Assembly: GCA_051013385.1 (NCBI GenBank)
Contig: CP143273.1
Location: forward strand, 1,376,001 to 1,440,000
DNA length: 64,000 bases
DNA from: Phormidium sp.
GTDB taxonomy: Bacteria; Cyanobacteriota; Cyanobacteriia; Cyanobacteriales; Aerosakkonemataceae
Direction: 5' to 3'
Positions within the stretch are counted from its first letter, which is position 1, and each line of letters opens with the position of its first letter. The translations under genes were made by a program, and so were the position numbers. Below are positions 39,784 through 50,391 of this stretch, in pieces. The notes under the pieces were generated by a model. That model was not told the DNA's origin. It worked only from the letters and a program-made list of their open reading frames with translations, and did no database searches.

Positions 39784-41049
39784 TACAGCTACAGTCATGT
39801 TATAGCTGGTGTTAGTTGTGGTAGTGTTGGTAAATACTTGGACAAAGTAAGAACCTGCTTCTAAGTTTTGTGTGAAAGTACCCAGGCTATTGTTAGCAGA
39901 ATTCACAATACCGATGGTTTCTGTACTATCAAACTGACCATTGCTGTTAGTATCTCGGTAAAGGATCGCAAAAGCTGGATCGGTTGTACCGTTGAGAGAA
40001 AGGTTGATATTCCTGTTACCATCTAAGACGAAGCTGTAGAAGTCGAGGCGATCGGTACTGCCGACAAAATCACTTACCGTGCGACTACCGCTCAGAGTAC
40101 CCAGATTGAAAGCACTAGCTTGAGTACTTCCGGGATCTGTTGTGTTGGTAGAGCGAATGGTAGAAGGAGACATTGCCAAATTGTACAAGGTGTTAGTTGC
40201 AGGGCTTTCAGTTAACACATCAATATGATAATAACCAGCACCCAAGGTCTTGTTAATGACTGCGGGAGTGGAAGCATTACCAGTAACACTGGCTATTTCT
40301 TCACCTGGATCAACTCGACCGTTATCATTAGTATCTGCAAAGAGTTTCAAAGTAGTATTATCACTCAATCCAGAAAGATTCAAGTTAAGATTAATTGGAT
40401 CGACTACACGGAAGCCGTAATAGTCATCGCGATCGCTAGTTCCCACGAAATCACGAAAAGTTGCTTTCGCAATTAAAGTTCCTAAATCGTAAGCAGTAGT
40501 AGAAACGTTACTCGGATCAGTGTAAGGCGAAACTGGTGGAGAACCTACCCGTCCTTCCCTAATCCCATTTTCCAAGAAGTGTAGCAGTGCGGCTTGATAA
40601 TTATTCCCAAAAACCGCTCTCAAATCGCTATAAATTGCTAAATAGTAATTTGGGTTGAAAAATTCTGAGGAAATTCGCCCTTCACTCACACCATATTCTT
40701 TAAAGTGTTGATACAATTGCTCGTTATTGAAACCAACAGCAGCCAAGTCAGTATTAACTGCCTTGTAAAAGAAAGGGCTGAACACAACTGAAGAACGTCG
40801 TCCTTCATTAGCACCGGAGTTTTCCAAATGGCTGAATAACTGCGCGTTAGTGGTTAACCCCGCCCGTCCTAAATCGGGATTGCTTTGAGCATAGGATTTG
40901 AGATTAACAAAAGGTGAAGGCAGTCTTCCTTCGTTAATACCAATTGTGCGGAAGTGGTTTTCTAGTTGTTGCGGGGTAGTTAAACCTGCTGCTGCTAAAT
41001 CAGGGTACAGGGAAGCGTAACTTTTAGCATCAAAAAGATTGACAGTCAT
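39781..41049 (-). CDS. Surface/secreted protein: repeated N-terminal YxxxNPDL units plus two PPC-like beta domains
   Basis: YASLYPDL/YAQSNPDL...H...G..EGR repeats; DFVGTSDRDDYY and DFVGSTDRLDFY domains. Confidence 0.75.
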   Translation of the reverse strand: MTVNLFDAKSYASLYPDLAAAGLTTPQQLENHFRTIGINEGRLPSPFVNLKSYAQSNPDLGRAGLTTNAQLFSHLENSGANEGRRSSVVFSPFFYKAVNTDLAAVGFNNEQLYQHFKEYGVSEGRISSEFFNPNYYLAIYSDLRAVFGNNYQAALLHFLENGIREGRVGSPPVSPYTDPSNVSTTAYDLGTLIAKATFRDFVGTSDRDDYYGFRVVDPINLNLNLSGLSDNTTLKLFADTNDNGRVDPGEEIASVTGNASTPAVINKTLGAGYYHIDVLTESPATNTLYNLAMSPSTIRSTNTTDPGSTQASAFNLGTLSGSRTVSDFVGSTDRLDFYSFVLDGNRNINLSLNGTTDPAFAILYRDTNSNGQFDSTETIGIVNSANNSLGTFTQNLEAGSYFVQVFTNTTTTNTSYNMTVAV

Positions 41050-41406
41050 GATTTTTTCCTCCTAAAATGAAGAGAAAGCACTATATTTGTGAGAAAAAAC
41101 ACAAATCATTTGGCACTGGCTATGTAATAAAGGCGTGCCATTTTTCATATTAACGATAAATGGAAGATGCGATCGGTGAAATTAAGCTTTGTACACTAAG
41201 TATGCCTATTTAACTATATATCATTGTAAACATTTTGGATATTTAGTTACAAGGAATACAGAAATTTTTAACAAAGTTAGTGTTTCATCGTTTCTCCATA
41301 AATTCACTTAAGTAAGGTGTGCGTTTGTTTTGGCTATAGCACAAATATCTCTACCAATACGGGTAGTACTATTCCAGAAACTTACCGAAAAATTGTGGAA
41401 GATTGA

Positions 41407-42174
41407 TTAGCGTGTCAGTGTTAAAGCTAACAGGATGGCGACGATCGCGCCCACAAAAGTATTGATGGCGTTAACTACTTCGTTAGTTAACCAGCTAACT
41501 TTTGTTTGCAGAGTGGCACCAATGACGCTTTCTAAGTTGGTGGCGACAAAGGCGGCGATGACGCATAAACCGACACCTACTAAATTTATTACACCGATAC
41601 CCCAAGCTAGGAGGGCGATCGCAACTGAACCCACAACTCCAGCTAAAGTTCCCTCTAAACTAACTGCCCCTTCAGTTCCCCTGGCGACAGGTTGTAAAGT
41701 AGTAATCAAAAAAGTGCGTTTGCCATAAGCTTTGCCGACTTCACTGGCGCAGGTATCGGAAAGTTTGGTGCTAAAACTGGCGACATAACCGAGTAAAAGT
41801 AAAGGCTGTAAACTGGGGGGGAGGAGATTGGCACCAATGGCAGCTACACCTAAAGCACAAAGGGCAGCGGTAGCCGCTGAGCCCCAAACATTTTCTGGCC
41901 CTCTAGCACCAGAACGCTTTTCGGCTATGCCTTCGGCTTCTTTTTGGGCCATACCGATGCGGGTGACGGCTGATCCTGCGAGGAAGTAAAACATAACGAC
42001 TACGTAACCTTGCCAGCCGAGAGTTCCCCAAATCAGTATACCTAGTAACCAAGCGTGAAATAAACCAGCCGGAGTAAGTAGTTTTTTGGGGATTACCCAA
42101 GCGATCGATAATAAAACTGTGTTTAATCCCACTGCAATTAACCAGGGATTGAGCGAATAAATAGAATTAAACAT
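41407..42174 (-). CDS. TIGR00297/DUF92 membrane protein; likely start at 42174
   Basis: GIAEKRSGARGPENVWGS, KLSDTCASEVGK, GTEGAVSLEGT. Confidence 0.88.
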   Translation of the reverse strand: MFNSIYSLNPWLIAVGLNTVLLSIAWVIPKKLLTPAGLFHAWLLGILIWGTLGWQGYVVVMFYFLAGSAVTRIGMAQKEAEGIAEKRSGARGPENVWGSAATAALCALGVAAIGANLLPPSLQPLLLLGYVASFSTKLSDTCASEVGKAYGKRTFLITTLQPVARGTEGAVSLEGTLAGVVGSVAIALLAWGIGVINLVGVGLCVIAAFVATNLESVIGATLQTKVSWLTNEVVNAINTFVGAIVAILLALTLTR

Positions 42175-42204
42175 GGAATACGAGCCTCTTGTGAACAGTA
42201 AATT

Positions 42205-42636
42205 ATGAATCAAGTATTATTTCATCTTGCCTTTCCGGTTGCTAACATTGCCCAAACTAAAGAGTTTTATGTTGATGGTTTGGGATGCGAAGTTGGTCGA
42301 GAAGCGGCAGATTCTTTAATTCTCAATCTTTACGGACATCAGATCGTTGCTCATGTTACCAAAGAATTGCTTTCGCCGCAAAAAGGGATTTATCCCAGAC
42401 ATTTTGGTTTAATTTTCACCCAAGAAGCAGACTGGGAAAATTTGTTAGCCAGAGCACAACAAAAGCAGCTGCGTTTTCATCAACAACCGAAACGGAGATT
42501 TGTGGGTATGCCTACTGAACATCGTACTTTCTTTTTAGAAGATCCGTTTGACAATTTTTTGGAGTTTAAATTTTACTGTCAATACTCGGCAATTTTTGGG
42601 GAGGCGGAGTTTGCCCAAGTGGGTGATGCTGTCTGA
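42205..42636 (+). CDS. VOC/glyoxalase family protein
   Basis: FHLAFPV, YPRHFG, FFLEDPFDNFLEFK. Confidence 0.88.
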   Translation: MNQVLFHLAFPVANIAQTKEFYVDGLGCEVGREAADSLILNLYGHQIVAHVTKELLSPQKGIYPRHFGLIFTQEADWENLLARAQQKQLRFHQQPKRRFVGMPTEHRTFFLEDPFDNFLEFKFYCQYSAIFGEAEFAQVGDAV

Positions 42637-43243
42637 TTTCTTCGGAAAGGGCTTCTACTACTGCGGCGATCGCTTTAGGATCGGTAATCATCCAGGCATG
42701 AAGCGCAACTGGAACTTGGACATCTTTACCTACAGGTATTTGCGAACTGGTGGGGGGAACAATCATTAAGTCAAAAGGTGTCCAAATGGAAGTAAAGTTA
42801 ATCCGTTCCAACATGGCAAAGTCACGATTTAAGTCGGCTAAAAATGGGCTATCTGGTCGCATTTGAATGCTGCCGGGGCGATCGAGAAGATATGCTAAAA
42901 CGGTGCCATGATGGGGTGAGGAAATGGTGATAAAACGCCCGACGCGATCGATTCCGCCTAACCTTTGAATATAGTAACGGCTGACAATTCCTCCCATACT
43001 AAACCCAACAATATCGATGGGTTGTTCGGGAGGAAAAGTTTTTTCTACGTAATTAGCAATTTGTTTAGCTAAGTAGTCTAAAGGTCTCGAGCAATTGTTG
43101 GGAGTTAAGTCTATGTCATGGACTAACCAACCTTTTTTCGCTAATTGGGGAGACATTTTACAGAAAACTGTGGCAGTATCGTTAATGCCGTGAACTAAGA
43201 GGACTGGGTTAGATTTAGTGGCGCTGTTCATGAGGTTTTCCAA
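42566..43243 (-). CDS. Alpha/beta-hydrolase lipase family protein
   Basis: VLLVHG, GFSMGG, SSPHHGT. Confidence 0.88.
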   Translation of the reverse strand: MENLMNSATKSNPVLLVHGINDTATVFCKMSPQLAKKGWLVHDIDLTPNNCSRPLDYLAKQIANYVEKTFPPEQPIDIVGFSMGGIVSRYYIQRLGGIDRVGRFITISSPHHGTVLAYLLDRPGSIQMRPDSPFLADLNRDFAMLERINFTSIWTPFDLMIVPPTSSQIPVGKDVQVPVALHAWMITDPKAIAAVVEALSEEIRQHHPLGQTPPPQKLPSIDSKI

Positions 43244-43280
43244 GCATTGCTTAGTTTTAGTTTAGAGGACTAGGGGACTG

Positions 43281-43390
43281 GGGACAGCACAAAGAAACCG
43301 GGTTTCTGGGATGTACGGGGACGGCACAAAGAAACCGGGTTTCTGGGATGTACGAGGACGGCACAAAGAAACCGGGTTTCTGGGATGTAC
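43281..43390 (+). repeat. 37-bp tandem repeat x3 with palindromic core AGAAACCGGGTTTCT
   Basis: Units start at 43281, 43318 and 43355; no spacers. Confidence 0.9.
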
Positions 43391-43438
43391 TAATTAATTT
43401 CCCCTTGTCTGCCAATACCCAGTCCCCAATCCCTAAAA

Positions 43439-44824
43439 CTATTCATTCATATTTCTATAAGTTGCTACAGCGGAAGGAGATATGCGGTTTAAGTATCTGA
43501 AGATCCAATACTTAAATACGGTATCTAAAATCACAGGGAAAGTAGCAATAAACAAAAAGATAAAATCACGATTTTCTGGTAATCCTAAATGGCGGGCGGC
43601 ATTTTCTAACAACACTTCCCAACCATGAGGGGAATGAAAACCAACGAAGATGTCAGTTAATAGAATAATAATGAAAGCTTTGGCACTATCGCTAAGTCCA
43701 TAGACAACTTCATCCATAAAAGATTTCAAAATTGCAATTTCCCGACGACTAAACATAATTATGACGACAAACATACCTAATGCTGCTAAGTCGGAAAACA
43801 CATTTTTCACTGCATTAGCACTGGCGCGTCGGGATTCGTCGGCTATTTCATTTGCTCTTTCTTGCAGCTTTTCGTCCACTGCTTCTGGAGTAAGTTTTGG
43901 TGTTCCCGAAATCAAATAATCAAATTTCAGGCGTTCTTCAAACTTTCGTAATTCTTCAAGCGCGTCTCGTTCTAAGTCTTCATTGATGAATATACTAATT
44001 TTGTTTCTCTCAATTAAACTGTCAACAATTGGGCCTGCAACTGCCAATTTAAACAGTTGAAAACTTAACAAAGGTACAACAATTAAAGTTAAAATAAACC
44101 GGAGTGAAATTGCTGTTTTAGCTTTAGAAGTCCGGTATTTTTTAATAACTTCTTGTTCTGATTCCGGGTCTAATTCCCTTTGAATTTTATTTAAAGTTGA
44201 AAAAATTGACCTGGGTAATACTCCAGTTTTATCAACAACGGTTTCAAATTTATTAGGATCATCTTGAGGCGCACCAAATAGCTGCTTTTCATTGTTTAAA
44301 CCCTCAGCAGCTATAGCTTCAGTACGTTCCATTTTGTTATTATTTTTAGAAACGACTATTAAGGAAGTAGATTGGTTTTGAGCATTAACTCTAGTTGGTG
44401 CTTTGTACTTAGAGATTACTTGGTCAATAAATTTGAGCTTTTCTAATGTTATTGTGACCTGCTCCGCATTGGATATTCTTTGGGGAGTTTTCCCATTACT
44501 ATCCGCTGAACCTTTTGGAGATTTAACAATTTGTTGACTGGTAATTAAATTGAGAAAGGAACTACTAGCTTTAAATTCTCGCAGGCGATTAGCGGCAATA
44601 GTTAAATTTTGTCTTAATTCTGACTGAAAATATGCTTTGACACTATCGCCATAATCAGTTTGACTCACAAAAATTTTGTTACCTTGGAAATATTCATCTT
44701 CAATGGCTTTAATTTGTAAAGCGGCGTTGTAAGCTTGTTCTAAGGCTCTTTCTGGGGTGTCAAAGTACCAATCTTTAACTGATCGTACTAACCCTTGAAT
44801 TGAGGTAAAAATGCTGTACATCAT
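43439..44824 (-). CDS. pxcA: Proton extrusion protein PxcA (CemA family)
   Basis: TPERALEQAY, LSDSAKAF, DIFVGFHSPHGWE, FKYWIFRYLNRISPS. Confidence 0.94.
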   Translation of the reverse strand: MMYSIFTSIQGLVRSVKDWYFDTPERALEQAYNAALQIKAIEDEYFQGNKIFVSQTDYGDSVKAYFQSELRQNLTIAANRLREFKASSSFLNLITSQQIVKSPKGSADSNGKTPQRISNAEQVTITLEKLKFIDQVISKYKAPTRVNAQNQSTSLIVVSKNNNKMERTEAIAAEGLNNEKQLFGAPQDDPNKFETVVDKTGVLPRSIFSTLNKIQRELDPESEQEVIKKYRTSKAKTAISLRFILTLIVVPLLSFQLFKLAVAGPIVDSLIERNKISIFINEDLERDALEELRKFEERLKFDYLISGTPKLTPEAVDEKLQERANEIADESRRASANAVKNVFSDLAALGMFVVIIMFSRREIAILKSFMDEVVYGLSDSAKAFIIILLTDIFVGFHSPHGWEVLLENAARHLGLPENRDFIFLFIATFPVILDTVFKYWIFRYLNRISPSAVATYRNMNE

Positions 44825-44895
44825 GACAGAGAGGGTTGTAAATTTTGTGTTTTAGTTGTAATAGCGGTGTTTTTATAGATTAAATTTTTCAATGT

Positions 44896-47130
44896 ATGTG
44901 GTATGATAACAGATTCAACGGAGGAGAAACGGTGTTTTCTGAATCTCTTTGGTTTTCTGGTTCCAGCCGTAGTGGAAAAACAGCACGTTTGATAGAGCAG
45001 TTTTGCCATTGGTCAGAGTTAGGCTTTGATTTAGCGAATCTAGGTGCGGGAGATACTTTGGCGGGTGAAAGAGTTTCTTTAAGGAAACGTCGTTTAATTG
45101 CCAAACAAGGTGTCCCAGCAGTTTTAGTGTTTGCTGCTAATGGAGATAATCGCATTGAATTGACCGATCGCATCGCTGTTGCCAAACCTAATTTAGCAGT
45201 ACAAACTACCACACCTTTAGCTTTTTTTGAAAATGAAGTAACTCTATTTTGGCCTTTATTAATTCAACAGTTGAACTTGCCTGCACAATTTCCCTTGCGT
45301 CTGCGTCCAGAGGCGGAACAAGAATTTGCTACTCAACTATGGCGACCGGAATTAGACCAGGGAATTGCGGTAAAAATGGGGGTTAATGAATATCGTTTGG
45401 TGCGGCGTGCTTTGGACTTGTTGCTATTAGCAGGTTTAAGCGCTACACCGATCGAAGACCTACCTCAAATTTTAGAACAAGGTTTTCCCAAAGAGCAAGA
45501 AAATGATGATTCTCCCGCAACTAATAGAGTGACAATTCCTTTGGAAATGTTGCTGCGTTGGCGAGATTGGTGTTGGCAAAAAGGATTATTAAGTTACGGA
45601 ATTATTGCAGATTTATATTGGCGATATTTATTACCTAATCAAACTTATCAGCAGCATTTAAAGCGGCGCTATCGGTTAATTTTAGCGGATGATGTAGATG
45701 ATTATCCAGCGATCGCAGGCGATCTTTTTGAGTTTTTGTTAAGTAATGGTGCAATTGGCGCGTTTACTTTTAATCCTGAAGGAAGAGTTAGATTAGGTTT
45801 AGGTGCTGACCCTGATTATATAGCAAATTTAGCTTCTCGTTGTCGAGTGGAAAGGTTAACTAATCGACCTGTAGAATCTTTAGCAGATAATTGGGGAATG
45901 ACATTAGTAGAAGCTGTTAGCGATCCAATGTTAATGTTTAATTTGCCGTCAGAAATCAAGTCGATTCAAACAACTTCGCGATCGCAATTGTTACGCCAAA
46001 CAGCGGAAGTAATTATTGATGCAGTTAATTCGGGAAAAGTTAAACCACAAGAAATAGCGGTAATTGCACCTGGTTTAGATGCGATCGCACGTTATACTTT
46101 AATCGAAATTCTTTCTAGTAAAGGCGTTGATGTTGAGTCTTTAAACGATCAACGTGCTTTAGCTAGTTCGCCAATTATCCGCGCTTTACTAACTTTATTA
46201 GCCTTAGTTTATCCGGGTTTAGGCAGGTTGGTGGATAAAAATGCGATCGCGGAAATGTTAATCGTTTTAAGTGCAAGACAAGTATTTACCGGAGAACCGA
46301 ATTCTCAATCTAAAATTGAACATTGGATCGATCCGGTGCGTGCAGGTTTATTAGCAGATTTTTGTTATAAACCAGACCTTGAATTACCTGAATTATTACC
46401 TGTAAAAACCTTTGCACGTTGGGATAGATTGGGGTATCGTGCGACTCAAGCTTATGAGGAAATTGTGCAGTGGTTGTCAGAACAGCGATCGCAACAAGAA
46501 CAGCATCTTATTCCTAATCCAGTTTACGTTTTAGACAGAGCAATTCAACGCTTTCTTTGGCATGGTAGCTATCTTCCTTATGACCAATTATCAGGATTAC
46601 GCGAGTTAATTGAAACTGCTCAACAATACTGGGAAGTTGATGCCAGAATGCGAAAAATTGAAACTAGTAATGCTTTACCAAATACTACTATTGGTCGGTT
46701 TATTCAATTGCTTAGAAGTGGGACAATTACAGCTAATCCTTACCCAATAAGACTATTTGGAATTACCAAGCAAGCGGTAACTTTAGCTAATATTTTCCAA
46801 TACCGTTCTAGTCGGAGATTTCATAAGTGGCAATTTTGGTTAGATGCAGGTTCACCCCTTTGGTTAAGTGGAGGTGCAGCAAACTTATTTGGCGCACAAT
46901 TATTCTTACAAAATCGTTTTGGTCAACCTTGGACGACGGAAGATGAAAATAGAGAAGGTGAGGCAAGATTACGACGAATTTTAATAGATTTGCTCAGTCG
47001 TACAGGAGAGCAACTTTACTTGTGTCATAGCGATTTAGCTGTAAATGGACAAGAACAAAATGGCCCTTTGGTAACATTAATAAATGCGGCGGTTCCTGTG
47101 CTAGCCGTACAATCAAATGAATTTAGGTAA
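44896..47130 (+). CDS. Conserved cyanobacterial protein with degenerate SF1-helicase-like P-loop
   Basis: GSSRSGKT, ILADDVDDY, EIAVIAPG. Confidence 0.7.
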   Translation: MWYDNRFNGGETVFSESLWFSGSSRSGKTARLIEQFCHWSELGFDLANLGAGDTLAGERVSLRKRRLIAKQGVPAVLVFAANGDNRIELTDRIAVAKPNLAVQTTTPLAFFENEVTLFWPLLIQQLNLPAQFPLRLRPEAEQEFATQLWRPELDQGIAVKMGVNEYRLVRRALDLLLLAGLSATPIEDLPQILEQGFPKEQENDDSPATNRVTIPLEMLLRWRDWCWQKGLLSYGIIADLYWRYLLPNQTYQQHLKRRYRLILADDVDDYPAIAGDLFEFLLSNGAIGAFTFNPEGRVRLGLGADPDYIANLASRCRVERLTNRPVESLADNWGMTLVEAVSDPMLMFNLPSEIKSIQTTSRSQLLRQTAEVIIDAVNSGKVKPQEIAVIAPGLDAIARYTLIEILSSKGVDVESLNDQRALASSPIIRALLTLLALVYPGLGRLVDKNAIAEMLIVLSARQVFTGEPNSQSKIEHWIDPVRAGLLADFCYKPDLELPELLPVKTFARWDRLGYRATQAYEEIVQWLSEQRSQQEQHLIPNPVYVLDRAIQRFLWHGSYLPYDQLSGLRELIETAQQYWEVDARMRKIETSNALPNTTIGRFIQLLRSGTITANPYPIRLFGITKQAVTLANIFQYRSSRRFHKWQFWLDAGSPLWLSGGAANLFGAQLFLQNRFGQPWTTEDENREGEARLRRILIDLLSRTGEQLYLCHSDLAVNGQEQNGPLVTLINAAVPVLAVQSNEFR

Positions 47131-47209
47131 GAATGCGATCGCACTTTACAAATAAAAAGAGCGATCGCATTTTGGGAGAGTAAGCTTTTAATTACTAAAA
47201 CTGAAAGCT

Positions 47210-48352
47210 TTATGTGGTTATGAAATCTCTTGTTGAGAGTTGAATACTGCCATTAGATGTCGAAACACCCAACGCCACAGCCAGAACTTCACTAGTATTA
47301 CTACTCAAAACAATAGCTGTATCGTTACTGGAATAGCCATACAGACTACCAGATCTTAACTGATATTGACTGAGACTTCCTTGAACTTTGATCTTATCAC
47401 CCTGCGATTTGGAAAAGTCTTGAATGACAGCCCAACTATTACCTAAGTAGCCTTTTCCGTAATAATCACCAATGACGAAAGTATCTGCACCAGCGTCACC
47501 GCGTAAATTGTCAACTTCCCCATTTCCACTCAAGCCACTATAGTAAAAACCATCTAAAACATCGTTACCAGCGCCGCCAATCACAGTATCATTTCCAGTC
47601 CCACCATATAATAAATCATTACCGTCATTGCCATAAACAATGTCATTGCCACTGTCGCCTCTTAGGGTATCACTTCCACCTGCGCCACTTATCGTGTCAT
47701 TTCCACCTAAAGCGTTAATATTGTCGTTACCCGCACCTCCTGTAAGGTTGTCATTGCCCGGTGTCGGACTTCCAGGAGCAGTAGCACCTCCACGAGCTTG
47801 CCAGAAGGCTTGCAAGGGACTCACTGTAGCATTCAAGATAAAGTTTCGGTCTGAACTTGCACCTTGAGTTCCTCCATAAGCAAGGCCAGTTTGAACTTCA
47901 AGGTGTAAGTGTGCTCCACCTGATGGAGTGCCAACTAAACCAATAGCATTTCCAGCATTTATCCTCATTCCATTCGTCAAATTACCTCTGCTTTGCAAAT
48001 GACCATAGACCCACTGTCTACCATCATCACTGTTAATACCAACGAATACCTCGCCATCTGATGTCCCGCTTAGCCATGCGACTGTTCCACCTACTGCGGC
48101 TTTGACTGAAGTTCCTCGTCCTGCACCGATATCAATGCCAGCGTGCCATCTTCTCCCTTGACCATTGTAGTAGCTCTGATCGTAGGCATAACCAGCTGTC
48201 ATCTGAAATGGTCGCCCTAGAATTGCTGTAGACAGATTGGTAAAGACTTGCTTGACTTCGGCAGAACTTTCCCGATTGGAGGTGTTTCCATCAAATAAAA
48301 TATCATCGCCACTAGCTTGATCCCATTGTGAATCAGTTGTTGGTAAAGACAT
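47210..48352 (-). CDS. M23 peptidase fused to RTX-type Ca-binding repeats
   Basis: HAGID, YGH, HLHLE; multiple GGxGND nonapeptides. Confidence 0.87.
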   Translation of the reverse strand: MSLPTTDSQWDQASGDDILFDGNTSNRESSAEVKQVFTNLSTAILGRPFQMTAGYAYDQSYYNGQGRRWHAGIDIGAGRGTSVKAAVGGTVAWLSGTSDGEVFVGINSDDGRQWVYGHLQSRGNLTNGMRINAGNAIGLVGTPSGGAHLHLEVQTGLAYGGTQGASSDRNFILNATVSPLQAFWQARGGATAPGSPTPGNDNLTGGAGNDNINALGGNDTISGAGGSDTLRGDSGNDIVYGNDGNDLLYGGTGNDTVIGGAGNDVLDGFYYSGLSGNGEVDNLRGDAGADTFVIGDYYGKGYLGNSWAVIQDFSKSQGDKIKVQGSLSQYQLRSGSLYGYSSNDTAIVLSSNTSEVLAVALGVSTSNGSIQLSTRDFITT

Positions 48353-49005
48353 AAAAGTAATTCTCCTTGTATAGTTCGGTTTTGGTTTTGTCTTTAAATG
48401 CGGAAATAAAATGCAAAATTGTGCGCTTCACCAACCCATTTTTCACTTACTTAGTGTGGATTTCATAGTGAACGAAACTTGAGATTAAACTGTATGAGAT
48501 TAATCAAATCCTGGTAAGCGCGATCGCGTTATTGTCTAATTTATCTAAACAGTAGTAATGCGTTCACACCTAGTTTTAGACGTTCATCAAATTCTCAAAT
48601 CTCCTAGTTGATGAATAAATTAGCTTTACTAACATAATTTAATATAATTAATTAAAAAAACTTATCAATTGTGGCTTACACTGAAATTTTTTTCTTAGTT
48701 TTGTGAAGTTCTCTTAAAATCTCCTCTTAAAAGCTTTAAAAATAATAGATTGCCAAAAAAAATAAGTAACTATACTTACGTAATTTAATCCCTAAGTGTC
48801 TTCTCTTAAGCATAAATTTGGTAATAGAAAAATGATTTCGCCTTACTAATCAATTATTCGTAAAATTATCTATGAGCGAATTTATTATGCAATGGTCATA
48901 CAAAAGAAAAATTTCCTTAGAAAAAAGCCCTAAGAAAAGTGAGTTTAGTTTGTTGCTTGAAAAAACATTTAAATGCTTAATCAAGCCTTTATTCAGTTCG
49001 TCTAT

Positions 49006-50391
49006 CTACCGGGAATTTAGCCAGTCTTTAATTTCTTGTGCTAACCAGAGACATTCGATCGCACTCAACCCCAAACCAAAAGAATACCTTTTATCTATAG
49101 TTTGAATAGTCACCATTTCTTCTTCTTTGCCATCGGCACTAAAAGAAGAATTGTGAGTAATTTGTACGCTTTGAAAAACATCTTGAATATCGTAAATATA
49201 ACCTTTTTTCTGATGAGCGCAATGATTAAATAACCATTTTTCTATTAAGAAGGTTTGCGCTTTAAAAGTAATTGTTTGATAGCCAAATTTTTCGAGTAAA
49301 AAGCGATACCCAAATAAGACCCACAGCAATAATAATAAACTATATAAAGTGAAGCTAAAAGCTGAAGAAATCAGCATTGCTTGCATTACTCCAAAAATAC
49401 TGAACAACCCCAATTGAGATAACAATAATATGATGATTCCACTGCCGATTATTTCACCAAAAGATAGTTTTTTGCTAGGTAATTTAATAAATAAACCGGA
49501 GCGCGATCGATTAACTTTAATTTCATTTTTTAGAGGTCGAATAACTTTTTTGACTGGGAGACTATATGCCCGATTATTTTTTAGTGCTTTCAAAGCTTCT
49601 TCGGCTTTAGCAAAACGTTTTTCTACCGATGGTTCTGTGAGTTTTTCAATCCATTGGATAAATTTTAGGTTGGCATTAGTGCGATCGCTAAAATGAATCC
49701 GTAAATCTTTTTGGGGTAAATCTGCGGGAGAAATTCCAGTTAATAAATGAATTAAAGTTGCTCCCAGTGCATATAAATCGGAAGCGGGAACTGTTCTTCC
49801 GCCAAATTGTTCTAGCGGTGCATAACCATAAGTTCCTACAACAGTAAAAGTTGCTCCTTCAACAGTGGCTTTGTCTTGAACTGCACCGAAATCCACTAAA
49901 TATATTTGTTTATTTTTACCTAAAATTATATTGCTGGGTTTAATATCTCGGTGGAAAACTGGGGGATTCAATTCATGTAAATAACTTAAAATCTTTAATA
50001 ATGATTCAGCAATTTGGCGCACTTCTTTTTCGGTGAATCTTTTACCTATTTTCAATAAATTTTTCAATGATTCACCAGGAATGTATTCTTGCACTAAACC
50101 AAACCATAAAACGCGATCGTCAACTGAAAAATAATCTCGATATTGGGGAATTTGGGGATGTTTTAAATGTTTGAGAATTTGTGCTTCTCGTTCAAACAAT
50201 TTTAAATCATCCCATTGAATATCGCCGCCAAAAGCTAGGAGTTTCACAATCACTTTTTCGGAAGGCTTATTTTTTAAGTCTTCTGCTAACCAGGTTTGTC
50301 TTCCAGCATTTTGACCTAACTTTTCTTTTAGCTGGTAACGTCCTTGCAAAACTTGTTCTACTTGCAGCATATTCCCCATTCCCTTTGGCAA
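49006..50391 (-). CDS. Membrane Ser/Thr protein kinase; start may be 50370
   Basis: VIVKLL, HRDIKPSN, DFG, GTYGYAPLE; C-terminal TMs. Confidence 0.92.
   Translation of the reverse strand: MPKGMGNMLQVEQVLQGRYQLKEKLGQNAGRQTWLAEDLKNKPSEKVIVKLLAFGGDIQWDDLKLFEREAQILKHLKHPQIPQYRDYFSVDDRVLWFGLVQEYIPGESLKNLLKIGKRFTEKEVRQIAESLLKILSYLHELNPPVFHRDIKPSNIILGKNKQIYLVDFGAVQDKATVEGATFTVVGTYGYAPLEQFGGRTVPASDLYALGATLIHLLTGISPADLPQKDLRIHFSDRTNANLKFIQWIEKLTEPSVEKRFAKAEEALKALKNNRAYSLPVKKVIRPLKNEIKVNRSRSGLFIKLPSKKLSFGEIIGSGIIILLLSQLGLFSIFGVMQAMLISSAFSFTLYSLLLLLWVLFGYRFLLEKFGYQTITFKAQTFLIEKWLFNHCAHQKKGYIYDIQDVFQSVQITHNSSFSADGKEEEMVTIQTIDKRYSFGLGLSAIECLWLAQEIKDWLNSR

Noticed and set aside
43281..43390. 37-bp palindromic repeats as a CRISPR array
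   Set aside because: Units are head-to-tail with no unique spacers, and there are no cas genes in the window.
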